NCBI GenBank assembly: GCA_963827275.1
Contig: CAWHAA010000005.1
Coordinates: 32,001 to 96,000 of the forward strand
Source: an uncultured Spirochaetota bacterium
GTDB taxonomy: Bacteria > Spirochaetota > UBA4802 > UBA5550
Reading direction: 5' to 3'
Length of the DNA stretch: 64,000 nt
Shown: positions 10,844 to 22,142 of the stretch, in pieces
How positions within the stretch are numbered: the first letter of the stretch is position 1
Layout: every line of letters begins with the position of its first letter
The notes under the pieces: model-generated
Told to the model about the DNA's origin: nothing
The model's input: the letters and a program-made list of their open reading frames with translations, nothing else
The model's database searches: none
Program-made: the position numbers and the translations under genes

Positions 10844-11309
10844 GCCATTTCGAGCGGCGGCCGCGGTTTTTTTGTTATAAATAAAAGAAAAAAGAGGGTT
10901 GGCTTTTCTTTCGATCATATAATAATTAAGGCAATAGTCTTTTCGTTCGGTTGCAGCTTAACATTACGCGGCCGCCTCTGGGCTCGCAGGTCTCTCAGTA
11001 TCGTTTTATTGGGTCTTTCTGTTGATTCATAGATATGGGATAACCGACTGACGATATTGGTATGCAACTACTGTCGGTTGCAATACATCGCATAAAGCTT
11101 TAACTGGCAGGTCCTGCGATCCCAGTCGAAACGGCGCTTAACAAAGCATGGGGCGCTGCGCGCGGCCACGAAAATTTAGACGCTGTGGCCGCGCTTGGCC
11201 TCGCGCCTTTCCGCCAGCGGCGGTACTGATTGGCGGATGTTCTAACGCACCGCCACTGGCGGGGCGCTCGGCACACCGCCCTTCGGGCGGCGTCGCCCAT
11301 GCTTGGACG
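10838..11309 (+). repeat. ORF-less structured cassette, copy 3 (variant A); its attC-like site spans 11136-11315
   Basis: Direct repeat of 8828-9300. Confidence 0.9.
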
Positions 11310-11781
11310 TTAAACGCCATTTCGAGCGGCGGCCGCGGTTTTTTTGTTATGAATAAAAGAAAAAAGAGGGTTGGCTTTTCTTTCGATCATATAATAATTA
11401 AGGCAATAGTCTTTTCGTTCGGTTGTAGCTTAACATTACGCGGCCGCCTCTGGGCTCGCAGGTCTCTCAGTATCGTTTTATTAAGTCTTTCTGTTGATTC
11501 ATAGATATGGGATAACCGACTGACAATATTGGTGTGCAACTATTGTCGGTTGCACTACATCGCATAAAGCCTTAACAGACAGGTCCTGCGATCCCAGTCG
11601 AAACGGCGTTTAACAAAGCATGGGGCGCTGCGCGCGGCCACGAATATTTAGACGCTGTGGCCGCGCTTGGCCTCGCGCCTTTCCGCCAGTGGCGGTACTG
11701 ATTGGCGGATGTTCTAACGCACCGCCACTGGCGGGGCGCTCGGCACACCGCCCTTCGGGCGGCGTCGCCCATGCTTGGACG
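11310..11781 (+). repeat. ORF-less structured cassette, copy 4 (variant B); its attC-like site spans 11608-11787
   Basis: Direct repeat of 9301-9772. Confidence 0.9.
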
Positions 11782-12491
11782 TTAAGCGCAATACAGCGGC
11801 TTTATTTTTTTGCTTTATTCTGGGGCCGGCCTCCTGCCGGACTATTCTTAAAGAAAATGCTTTTTTATTAATGTCCTGGAAGTCTATATCCACCTTTTCC
11901 ACTCAATTCTTGTAAGAGTGTAGAGATATTTTTTTATTATTAAAGAAATACTAAATAAAATATTCTGAAAAATAGCTCAATCTGTTCTCTTTTAGCTAAG
12001 ACGCAAGAGTAGTCTTTTTGATTTATTTTTTTATGTTTTTCTTGACCAGTATTCTCATGTGCATATATATAATTCTGTATTAAAATACTTTTTAAATATT
12101 AATACAAAAGAAAATGTTTGGACATTTGTTCGCCGTGAATTTATTGTACTGAAACGTAAGAGCATACTTTTTTAATTTATTATTTTCTTGGCTTATTCTT
12201 AACCGTAATAGTTATCTATTTTTTACATACTTCAGTATAAATATTATTTTTTTGCTGTAAGTGTATTTGCCGCCGCCGTCCTGACGGCGGCAACTTGAAC
12301 TGATAGCGCTGTACTGCGCTTAACAAAGCATGGGGCGCTGCGCGCGGCCACGAAAATTTAGACGCTGTGGCCGCGCTTGGCCTCGCGCCTTTCCGCCAGT
12401 GGCGGTGCCGATTGGCGGATGTTCTATCGCACCGCCGCTGGCGGGGCGCTCGGCACACCGCCCTTCGGGCGGCGTCGCCCATGCTTGGACG
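11782..12491 (+). other. Second type of ORF-less cassette (AT-rich core); its attC-like site spans 12318-12497
   Basis: No credible ORF; ends are shared with cassette 9773-10837. Confidence 0.8.
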
Positions 12492-12524
12492 TTAGGCGCA
12501 ATTTGGTTGATATTTAATAATATT

Positions 12525-13034
12525 ATGACAAATTTATTATCCTTAAAAGAAATAGAAAGCGAAGTAAATAATCTTGCAAGATTGATAAATGCACCAAAAG
12601 ATTATTTGCCAACATTTGGCTATACAAATGATTTTGCACAACCTCATATTGAGATAAATTATAATCAGTATCACTATGTAATTGTCGAGCGTGGCCAAGA
12701 ATTTGAAAGAAAATCAACGGAAAATATTCATGAACTTTTATATTGGATATTTGAATCAATAACATTTAATATGGCTATTGATTATGAATTTAAAAATAGA
12801 ATTGAAGATCTTGATTCTAGACGTATTGCTTTTAAAAAACAAGAAGAATTATTAAATCTACTTAATCCAGATTGGAAGAATACATTAGAAAATAAACATA
12901 AATTAATATTAGAAAAACATCCTTTTGATGACTTATCTGGTTTAAGGGCAACATATTGTAGGGAGTTGAGAGAAAAAGGATATTGTGAAGATGATATAAC
13001 TAAAAAGGCTTATGAAAAATATCCTTTGCCTTGA
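12525..13034 (+). CDS. Imm63-like immunity protein (cassette)
   Basis: PHIE...YHYVIVERGQEFERKST...ELLYWIF...DSRRIAF pattern, recognised from memory. Confidence 0.7.
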   Translation: MTNLLSLKEIESEVNNLARLINAPKDYLPTFGYTNDFAQPHIEINYNQYHYVIVERGQEFERKSTENIHELLYWIFESITFNMAIDYEFKNRIEDLDSRRIAFKKQEELLNLLNPDWKNTLENKHKLILEKHPFDDLSGLRATYCRELREKGYCEDDITKKAYEKYPLP

Positions 13035-13046
13035 CAACCAAACTGC

Positions 13047-13220
13047 GCATAACAAAGCATAGCCGCTCCGCTCCTCGCTCGCTAAGGCTCGCTGCGGTGC
13101 TCGGCCTCGCGCTTATCCCGCCAGCTGCGGCGGTGATTTGGGGAGGGTTTTGAGCCGCCTTGCTGGCGGGGCGCTCGGCAACCTGGCTTCGCCAGGTTCG
13201 GCTATGCTGAGACGTTAGGC
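13047..13220 (+). repeat. attC-like site (174 bp)
   Basis: GCATAAC-AA-AGCATAGCCG...CGGCTATGCT-GAGAC-GTTAGGC. Confidence 0.85.
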
Positions 13221-13298
13221 GCCATTTCTGGCTGGCTTTTTTATTTCCTCGCCATCCATGGCTCGGAATTATTATCATATTTTATCAGGAGGACATTT

Positions 13299-13883
13299 AT
13301 GGGTCTAATTGTTCATTCATTAGAAAACATACCTCAATCTTCAAATAGGGATTATATAATATATTTACTCGATTATGGCTGGAGTGAACCAATTGGAAAA
13401 GCTCTTAATGATAATTTTGATCATATGGCTAATATTGCAGCAAATAATCGAGCTGTAATTATTAAGGGAACTAGATTAGGTGATTTTGCAAACGAAGTTT
13501 TTTCTTGGCATCATATAAATAATATTGATGCCGATGACATTCTTCCTGCATTATTAATTACCAATAAACATCCCGTATATTTTAAAGATTATGAGTTTGG
13601 ATATCGCCAAAAAAAGGGATTATATAGAGACACCAAAGATGATGATTTAAAATTAATTCTAATACCTTTTAAAAAGTTTTGTAAAACAACAACTGAGGTA
13701 ATTTCTTTAATCGAAAAAGTATTTTCTGATATAATTAACAAAAAGGATTTATCAAATTTTTCTGTAGCAAAAGAAATGAAAAAAGGAATATGTTCTGCAA
13801 TTGTAGACGCTATAATACTTGAGCCTAATTTTTCCGGAATTGGTTTTAGTTTTAATAAATTCAGGAGTTATTTAAAAACTTAA
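13299..13883 (+). CDS. Cassette-encoded hypothetical protein
   Basis: 194-aa ORF with a strong RBS (AGGAGG); family not recognised. Confidence 0.8.
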   Translation: MGLIVHSLENIPQSSNRDYIIYLLDYGWSEPIGKALNDNFDHMANIAANNRAVIIKGTRLGDFANEVFSWHHINNIDADDILPALLITNKHPVYFKDYEFGYRQKKGLYRDTKDDDLKLILIPFKKFCKTTTEVISLIEKVFSDIINKKDLSNFSVAKEMKKGICSAIVDAIILEPNFSGIGFSFNKFRSYLKT

Positions 13884-13958
13884 AATTAACTTATTTGTAA
13901 TTACTCAAAAGTACATCCATGTACTTTTGAACTTTTTCGTTTTAATGCCAGAAACGGC

Positions 13959-14206
13959 GCCTAACAAAGCATAACCGCTCCGCTCCTCGCCCACTTCGCG
14001 GGCTGCGGTGCTCGGCCTCGCGCCTGGCCGCCTCCGTCGGTGCCGATTTGGGGATGATCTAAAGCACCGACTCCGGCGGCGCGCTCGGCTCATTTTTCGG
14101 CGCTTCTTAGTTTCAAATAAATTAGTACTTGCAAAATTGCTTACAACAGGATAGATAACTTTTCGCGGCCAGGCCTCAAAACGACGGTTATGCTTGGACG
14201 TTAAGC
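13959..14206 (+). repeat. attC-like site (248 bp)
   Basis: GCCTAAC-A-AAGCATAACCG...CGGTTATGCTT-GGAC-GTTAAGC. Confidence 0.8.
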
Positions 14207-14241
14207 GACATTGCCATTTTTTTATGTATTTGGAGTTATGA

Positions 14242-14863
14242 ATGATTCCATCAGAAAGACACCCAATTGTTTCATTCTTCCTTGATGCTTATTTCATTGA
14301 AACATTTTTAAATCTTATAAAAAAATTATATCTGCCGAACGAGTATTTTAATATATCTATAAGAATAATATTTAATGATAATATTCATATTTTACCATGC
14401 TTACTATTATAAAAAAACAAAATTCCGCACTATTGGCGAACTTATTACTGGAACCTATATAGATAGTGATGGTAATAAATATTTTCTTAATCCATTTTAT
14501 TTAAATCGTTTTATTTTATGGGTTCCAATGTTTCTCACCTTTGTTGGTTTAAAATCTGTAAATATAATTCAAATAAATGACTTAAAATTAATTTCATCAT
14601 TAATATTTATTGGCATTTTATTATTAACATATTTTTCATACATCATGTTAAATAGAGGATATGTTATCGGTTTAATTTTATTATTAATAATTTATGCTTC
14701 TTTAATTTTTAATGTAATATACAATAAAGGATTTATTATAAAATTATTTGATTGGGAATTAATAATAGAATTCACATTATTATTGTTATTTATAACAATA
14801 ATAATAGCATATTGGATTATAAGAATGAATAAATTTCAAAATATAAATGGCAACGTCGCTTAA
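14242..14863 (+). CDS. Cassette membrane protein, RDD-like N-terminus; apparent frameshift near 14373
   Basis: MIPSERHPIVSFFLDAYF from 14242 after RBS GGAG, continuing in another frame as YYYKKTKFRTIGELITG plus four TM segments; stop codon lies within the attC R'' box. Confidence 0.6.
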
Positions 14864-15029
14864 CACGGCGTTCACGCTCCGCTCCTCGGGGCTTCGCCCC
14901 TGCGGTGCTCGGCTTCGCGCCTCGCCCGCCGGTTTCGGCGGTTTTCGGAGGAGTGTTCTGAGCCGTTTCACCGGCGGGGGCGCTCAGCAACCTGGCTTCG
15001 CCAGGTTCGTAAACGCCGGAACGTTAAAC
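14858..15029 (+). repeat. attC-like site (172 bp)
   Basis: GCTTAAC-A-CGGCGTTCACG...CGTAAACGCCG-GAAC-GTTAAAC. Confidence 0.85.
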
Positions 15030-15495
15030 GCCATTTCGAGCGGCGGCCGCGGTTTTTTTGTTATAAATAAAAGAAAAAAGAGGGTTGGCTTTTCTTTCGA
15101 TCATATAATAATTAAGGCAATAGTCTTTTCGTTCGGTTGCAGCTTAACATTACGCGGCCGCCTCTGGGCTCGCAGGTCTCTCAGTATCGTTTTTTTGGGT
15201 CTTTCTGTTGATTCATAGATATGGGATAACCGACTGACGATATTGGTATGCAACTACTGTCGGTTGCAATACATCGCATAAAGCTTTAACTGGCAGGTCC
15301 TGCGATCCCAGTCGAAACGGCGCTTAACAAAGCATGGGGCGCTGCGCGCGGCCACGAAAATTTAGACGCTGTGGCCGCGCTTGGCCTCGCGCCTTTCCGC
15401 CAGCGGCGGTACTGATTGGCGGATGTTCTAACGCACCGCCACTGGCGGGGCGCTCGGCACACCGCCCTGCGGGCGGCGTCGCCCATGCTTGGACG
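15024..15495 (+). repeat. ORF-less structured cassette, copy 5 (variant A); its attC-like site spans 15322-15501
   Basis: Direct repeat of 8828-9300. Confidence 0.9.
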
Positions 15496-15547
15496 TTAGG
15501 CGAAAAAACGCCAAAATATAAGTCGAGGTAAAAAGGAAATTTATATT

Positions 15548-17989
15548 ATGGAAATTTATGCTATACTATTAAAATTATTTGATTTTCTTAATAAAATGTC
15601 TAATATTTCCTTTACAACATTTATCGCATTCATAGGAGCTATTACTGGTTCATTAACTTTTTATTATACTTTTTTAAAAAGATTTAATCCAAAATGTATA
15701 ATTAGTGGTGATATTATTTTTCATTGCAACAAAGGTTCTTTAAAAAATAATGATGCCTATTTAAAAGAAATAGAGTTAAATATTACATTCAGCAATGAAT
15801 CTAATAAGTATGGGTTGATTGAAGACCTACTAGTTCGTATATATTCAACGGATGGGATCACAAGAGAAACTGATCCTACCCCACAATTCGACCAGTTTCA
15901 AGTTTAGTTTTCTCGATCACTAACATATCATTATATTGTTTTGGCGTCATCCCTTTTAATCTCTTTTGAGGTCTTTCCTCGTTATATTCTCTCCACCATT
16001 CATGAATAATCTCTCTGGCTGTACTCAGTTTTTTAAAATAATGAGCACTGAGACATTCATTCCGAAATGTTCCATTAAAACTTTCTATGTGGCAATTATC
16101 TGATGGCTTGCCGGGCCTTGTGAAAATTATTTTAATCCCCTTTTCATAGCACCAACGGTCGAGTTCCTGGCTTCTAAATTCAGGACCATTGTCACATTGT
16201 ATAAATTCTGGATACCCAAAGGATTCACATGCTCTTTCAAGTAGTTCAGAAACATCCTTACCCGTTATTGAAAATCCAGTATGAATAAGTGGCGAATGAT
16301 TCGTTACAGGGTCAATCGCTGTCAGTATTTTGAGATTCTTTTTAAAGCCCACCGAGTCATGAATGAAATCTAAAGCCCATATGACGCCAGGTTCATTCGG
16401 CAATTCAACGGGTGATCGTTCTAATGAAGCTATCTTTTTCCGACGTTTCCGCGCTCGTAATTGCAGCCCATGCTCTTTATATATCCTTTCTGTACGCTTA
16501 TGATTAATCAGTATCCCTTTTTGCCTCAGCTTGAGCTGTATCATTCCGCAGCCATATTTTGAATTTTTTGAAAGGATCGAATCTATCTCTCCAATGATTC
16601 GTGCGTCATCATTTGGCTGCGGACTATATAAAAATGTAGAACGAGCCATGCAAGAAACCTTGCATGATCGTCGTATCGAAAACCCGAAGCTACTCATCAG
16701 ATAGCTTACTGCCTCTCTCTTCACTCCGGGTCGCAGAACTTTTTTATGATCTCCTTCTGTGCCATGTTATCCAGGGATAAATCGGCAACCAGTTTCTTTA
16801 ATCGTGTATTTTCATCTTCAAGTAGTCGCAATCGAACAATTTCCTGAGAGCTCATATCTCCATATTTGCGCTTCCAGATATAAAAGGAGTTCTCACTAAT
16901 GCCGTGTTCTCGGGCGATATCCTTTACCTTTTTTCCCGCCTTATGCTCACCAAGGATCCTGACAATCTGCTCTTCTGAGAATCGTTTTTTCATTTTAACC
17001 TCATTAGTCTTGATTATTTATCGGTTAAAACTAAACTATCTCGTGGTACAAATTTAAGGGGTGGGATCAAAACCACTCCTTATTTTATAAGTCTTTTCAA
17101 GGATCATGATAATCCTGATAAATTGCCATTTTACCCTATCGTATTAATCCCTAAAAGTTTTCGTTCATCTACATTTATCTTTATCGATCGAATTGCCGCA
17201 TCAGAAAAAATAATAAATATTGATCGTGATTATAATCTTCAATTATTCATTAAATATAAAAAAGAAAATAATTGGGTTTTAATTGATGATATAACTCTAT
17301 ATTGTAAATTAAAAGATAATACCAATCAATTATTTGATTTAATATTTATGTCTATAAATCAACAGATTATTCGCGATAAGGCTAAAGACTATATTGGGAA
17401 AATTCCAAAACCTTTTTACAGAGGAATAATACATCAATGGTTTAAAATTATATTTGAGGAAGTTAAGTTTTTCATTATAAGGACAATTTATAAATTGTTG
17501 CATTTCATACAATGTATTTACCATCTTATTCTCTCTGGAATTAATTGGCTTGTATCTTTTATTGTAATAAATAACCTATTAATATTTTTATCTTCAAAGA
17601 CTAAGGAAATTAAAACAAGTAGCCAAATTGGTCCCGATGAGCAAACACTGGATTATATAAAAAAACTACACAAAGTAATTTTAAAATTAGTTACTAAAAT
17701 TAATAATAGATCAGAAAGCAAAATTGATATTCAATACAAAGGCAAAGATATTTTATTAAGTCGCAATAATTTTGAAATTATTATTTATGCACCTGGCGTT
17801 AACCATATAATGGCACATGATAAAGAAAGTCATGAATATAAGCTTTTTCTTGAATTTGCGATGGTTGTAAATAGGATTAATCATAAATATTGGACATATG
17901 ATGATAAATTTATATCGATTACGAGAATAGCATTAAAAATTATTGATAGTTTTAGCTTAATGACTCAATATAAAATAATTCCTGAATAA
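15548..17989 (+). pseudogene. Cassette hypothetical membrane protein interrupted by IS3
   Basis: Removing 15871-17073 rejoins ...TDGITRET-TPYFISLFKDHDNPDKLPFYP... in frame. Confidence 0.8.
15871..17069 (-). mobile_element. IS3-family element, copy 1 (1199 bp; orfA 16721-16993, orfB 15876-16724)
   Basis: IRs TGATCCTACCCC/GGGGTGGGATCA; AAAC target duplication; orfA MKKRFSEEQI; orfB DDE motifs WALDF, DNGPEF, IESFNG; A6G slippery site at the orfA end. Confidence 0.95.
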
Positions 17990-18002
17990 TTGACGTTTCT
18001 TC

Positions 18003-18125
18003 GCCTAACAAAGCATAACCGCTGCGCGCGGCCACAAGAAATGAAGCTGTGGCCGTGCTCGGCCTGCGGCACACCGCGCCAAGGGAGGAAGCTGGCGCGG
18101 CGTCGGTTATGCTTGGACGTTAAGC
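18003..18125 (+). repeat. attC-like site (123 bp)
   Basis: GCCTAAC-A-AAGCATAACCG...CGGTTATGCTT-GGAC-GTTAAGC. Confidence 0.85.
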
Positions 18126-18189
18126 GCCATGGAAAAAGAGCTTTTTGCCCGCCATCCGTGGCGGGCTTTTTAAGAAATATATTTTTTTC

Positions 18190-18218
18190 TTGACATGTAG
18201 TCATTATATGACTACTTT
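18190..18218 (+). promoter_or_regulatory. TA cassette promoter with palindromic operator
   Basis: TTGACA-17 bp-TACTTT overlapped by GTAGTCAT-tat-ATGACTAC. Confidence 0.75.
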
Positions 18219-18223
18219 GATTT

Positions 18224-18487
18224 ATGTTCTCAGTTAAAATATCAAAAAAGGCTATTAAGGGCATTCATAAAATGCCCATTAAAATTCAAGAAAGAATGAA
18301 TGTCCTTCTTAAAGATCTACGTGCAAAAGGACCCATGCGATATGAATGGCCAAATTTTAGTAAATTAGATGAAAATCTGTATCATTGTCATTTAGCTCAC
18401 AAATGGATCGCATGCTGGAAATATGAAAAACATACAATCATTATAGAGGTTTATTATGCAGGCTCACGTGAAAACGCCCCATATTAA
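18224..18487 (+). CDS. RelE-like toxin (toxin-first TA cassette 1)
   Basis: 87-aa basic protein ending IIIEVYYAGSRENAPY, upstream of an XRE-HTH gene. Confidence 0.7.
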   Translation: MFSVKISKKAIKGIHKMPIKIQERMNVLLKDLRAKGPMRYEWPNFSKLDENLYHCHLAHKWIACWKYEKHTIIIEVYYAGSRENAPY

Positions 18488-18824
18488 AATTAATATTAAA
18501 GGTGAAATTCATCCCAAAGTTCTTTCTGTTTTAAAAGAAGTCTATGGGAAAAAAGTTAAACTTATCAAGGAAAATGATGAAGAATTAGTTGATGCCTTTG
18601 AAACTGAATGGTTTAAAAATATTGATGCCACCATGTCTCCCGGCAAAAACATGAGGATATATCGAGAAATTCATAAAATGACCCAAGAAGAACTAGGTAA
18701 CAAATTAGGTGGCATTTCTAAACAAAATATTTCTCATATGGAACGAGGTATTAGACCTATTAGTAAAAAAACTGCTAAATCATTGGCTTCAATTTTTAAA
18801 GTTCCGGCAGACCGTTTTATTTGA
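18456..18824 (+). CDS. XRE-family HTH antitoxin (HigA-like)
   Basis: MTQEELGNKLGGISKQNISHMERGIRPIS. Confidence 0.8.
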   Translation: MQAHVKTPHIKINIKGEIHPKVLSVLKEVYGKKVKLIKENDEELVDAFETEWFKNIDATMSPGKNMRIYREIHKMTQEELGNKLGGISKQNISHMERGIRPISKKTAKSLASIFKVPADRFI

Positions 18825-18900
18825 CTATTTTTAAGATATTGCCCTGCCCTCGCCCGTCCTGGACTCGGGCAGTAAATACTTATACTATTTTTTCCACGGC

Positions 18901-19079
18901 GCTTAACACGGCGTTCACGCTCCGCTCCTCGGCGGCTTATTGGCGCCTGCGGTGCTCGGCTTCGCGCCTTGCCCGCCGGTTTCGGCGGTTTTCAGAGGAG
19001 TGTTTTGAGCCGCCTCACCGGCGGGCGCGCTCAGCAACCTGGCCTGCGGCCAGGTTCGTAAACGCCGGAGACGTTAAAC
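18901..19079 (+). repeat. attC-like site (179 bp)
   Basis: GCTTAAC-A-CGGCGTTCACG...CGTAAACGCCG-GAGAC-GTTAAAC. Confidence 0.85.
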
Positions 19080-20482
19080 GCCATTTCGAGCGGCGGCCGC
19101 GGTTTTTTTGTTATGAATAAAAGAAAATAAATAAGGTTGGCTTTTCTTTCGATCATATAATAATTAAGGTGTAATAGACTCGATTTAATCTGACACTCTT
19201 CCGATAAATGGAGCAGAAAATGCTCTGAATAATTATACGGAGGAGTACATGACAACAGAACAGAAAGTCATCAGGAACAAAATGGGGTTATTAAACCTCG
19301 CAGAGCAGATTGGGAATGTCAAAAAAGCATGTCACATTATGGGATATTCCCGAGACAGTTACTACCGGCTAAAGGAACTTTATGATACTGGTGGTGAAGA
19401 AGCGTTAAAAGAAATCAGCAGAAAAAAAGCTAATATAAAGAATCGTGTTGATCCAAGTGTTGAAACTGCAGTTAACAGCATTGCAATTGAGTATCCCGCA
19501 TTTGGACAGGTTCGGGCTTCTAATGAACTGAGAAAACAGGGGATATTTGTCTCACCTACCGGAGTAAGAAGCATATGGCTCCGTAATGATCTTGAAACCA
19601 TGAAGAAGCGGCTCAAGGCACTTGAGGCCAAGGTCGCTCAAGATGGAATCATTCTCACGGAATCACAGCTTGCCGCATTAGAGAAAGCCAAAGAGGAAAA
19701 GGAAGCTCATGGTGAGATTGTATCTGAACATCCTGGTTATCTGGGTTCGCAGGACACAATGTATGTAGGAACGGTCAAAGGTGTTGGCCGGATATACCAG
19801 CAGACTTTTATAGACACGTATTGTAAGGTGGCTTTTGCAAAGTTATACAATATGAAAACACCAATTACCTCTGCCGACATATTGAACGACAGGGTTATAC
19901 CGTTTTATGAAAACAGCAGCATTAAGCTGATCCGAGTATTGACGGATCGTGGTACCGAATATTGCGGGAAAATGGAAAGTCATGACTATGAACTGTTTCT
20001 TTCGATTGAGGATATTGAGCACACAAAGACAAAGACGCGGCATCCTCAAACAAATGGAATATGCGAAAGATTTCATCGAACCATTCAAGATGAATTTTAT
20101 CGCATAGCATTTAGAAAGAAAATTTACAACACTCTTGATGAACTTCAGAAGGATCTTGACATATGGATTGTTCAATATAATAATGAGAGACCGCATAGTG
20201 GAAAATATTGTTATGGCAAAACACCGATAGATACGTTCAAGGATTCGTTAGTGCTTGCAAAAGAAAAACTGCTAAACTTTAACTGACAGGCAGTTTGGAA
20301 GTGATTGGTGAGTGTCAGATGAAGTTCAGAGTTTTACAATTAAGGCAATAATCTTTTCGTTCGGTTGCAGCTTAACATTACGCGGCCGCCTCTGGGCTCG
20401 CAGGTCTCTCAGTATCGTTTTATTGGGTCTTTCTGTTGATTCATAGATATGGGATAACCGACTGACGATATTGGTATGCAAC
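19074..20482 (+). repeat. ORF-less structured cassette, copy 6, interrupted by IS481 and truncated by IS3
   Basis: Repeat sequence is present at 19074-19169 and 20339-20482. Confidence 0.85.
19170..20338 (+). mobile_element. IS481-family element (transposase 19249-20286)
   Basis: TGT...ACA ends with imperfect IRs sharing ATCTGACACT; ATTAAGG duplicated on both sides; TDRGTEY and TNGICERFHRT motifs. Confidence 0.93.
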
Positions 20483-21681
20483 TGATCCTACCCCACAATT
20501 CGACCAGTTTCAAGTTTAGTTTTCTCGATCACTAACATATCATTATATTGTTTTGGCGTCATCCCTTTTAATCTCTTTTGAGGTCTTTCCTCGTTATATT
20601 CTCTCCACCATTCATGAATAATCTCTCTGGCTGTACTCAGTTTTTTAAAATAATGAGCACTGAGACATTCATTCCGAAATGTTCCATTAAAACTTTCTAT
20701 GTGGCAATTATCTGATGGCTTGCCGGGCCTTGTGAAAATTATTTTAATCCCCTTTTCATAGCACCAACGGTCGAGTTCCTGGCTTCTAAATTCAGGACCA
20801 TTGTCACATTGTATAAATTCTGGATACCCAAAGGATTCACATGCTCTTTCAAGTAGTTCAGAAACATCCTTACCCGTTATTGAAAATCCAGTATGAATAA
20901 GTGGCGAATGATTCGTTACAGGGTCAATCGCTGTCAGTATTTTGAGATTCTTTTTAAAGCCCACCGAGTCATGAATGAAATCTAAAGCCCATATGACGCC
21001 AGGTTCATTCGGCAATTCAACGGGTGATCGTTCTAATGAAGCTATCTTTTTCCGACGTTTCCGCGCTCGTAATTGCAGCCCATGCTCTTTATATATCCTT
21101 TCTGTACGCTTATGATTAATCAGTATCCCTTTTTGCCTCAGCTTGAGCTGTATCATTCCGCAGCCATATTTTGAATTTTTTGAAAGGATCGAATCTATCT
21201 CTCCAATGATTCGTGCGTCATCATTTGGCTGCGGACTATATAAAAATGTAGAACGAGCCATGCAAGAAACCTTGCATGATCGTCGTATCGAAAACCCGAA
21301 GCTACTCATCAGATAGCTTACTGCCTCTCTCTTCACTCCGGGTCGCAGAACTTTTTTATGATCTCCTTCTGTGCCATGTTATCCAGGGATAAATCGGCAA
21401 CCAGTTTCTTTAATCGTGTATTTTCATCTTCAAGTAGTCGCAATCGAACAATTTCCTGAGAGCTCATATCTCCATATTTGCGCTTCCAGATATAAAAGGA
21501 GTTCTCACTAATGCCGTGTTCTCGGGCGATATCCTTTACCTTTTTTCCCGCCTTATGCTCACCAAGGATCCTGACAATCTGCTCTTCTGAGAATCGTTTT
21601 TTCATTTTAACCTCATTAGTCTTGATTATTTATCGGTTAAAACTAAACTATCTCGTGGTACAAATTTAAGGGGTGGGATCA
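20483..21681 (-). mobile_element. IS3-family element, copy 2 (encodes proteins identical to copy 1)
   Basis: Same IRs and identical orfA/orfB translations; flanks come from two different cassettes. Confidence 0.95.
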
Positions 21682-21689
21682 AAACCCAT

Positions 21690-22142
21690 ATGAAAATACT
21701 TATAAAACTCCTGCCATTTATATTAGGTGGTGCCTTAGTTATTCAATCTTCACTAAATAAATCAATTGCCCAATCAAAAGGCTTAAGCACAGCATTAGTC
21801 ATAAATGGATTAATTGTTGTATTCTGTTCATTAATAATATTTATTTTATCATATTTTTTCCCACATCACTTCTCGGAAATTATTACTTATAACAACAATA
21901 ATTTGATATTTAAATGGTGGTATATAATTCCTGGTTTTTTAGGATTTTGTGCATTATTAATTCTTCCAATTGGAATTATGAAAATTGGTGCCTTACCAAT
22001 TTTTCTTGGAGTAATTGCTGGGCAAATAATCGTAAGTATTATATATGATTTTTATTTTGAAAATATTTCAATTAATTTAATTCGTGTATCAGGAGCCTTA
22101 TTAACTTTTATTGGAGCCTTTTTGGTAGTTTGGAAAAGATGA
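21690..22142 (+). CDS. DMT-superfamily (YdcZ/DUF606-like) small transporter (cassette)
   Basis: Five TM segments; QSSLN, WWYIIPGFLG, GQIIVSIIYD, RVSGALL. Confidence 0.75.
   Translation: MKILIKLLPFILGGALVIQSSLNKSIAQSKGLSTALVINGLIVVFCSLIIFILSYFFPHHFSEIITYNNNNLIFKWWYIIPGFLGFCALLILPIGIMKIGALPIFLGVIAGQIIVSIIYDFYFENISINLIRVSGALLTFIGAFLVVWKR

Noticed and set aside
8828..15501. CRISPR array interpretation of the repeats
   Set aside because: Repeats are 170-470 bp with gene-sized spacers and R''/R' cores; no cas genes are present
9091..15531. Repeated ORFs such as MGDAARRAVCRAP and MGRCARPRKF
   Set aside because: They are translations of the GC-rich attC palindromes, with no RBS and variable ends
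15871..21681. Composite transposon bounded by the two IS3 copies
   Set aside because: Copy 1 has its own target duplication inside one reconstructable gene, so it inserted independently
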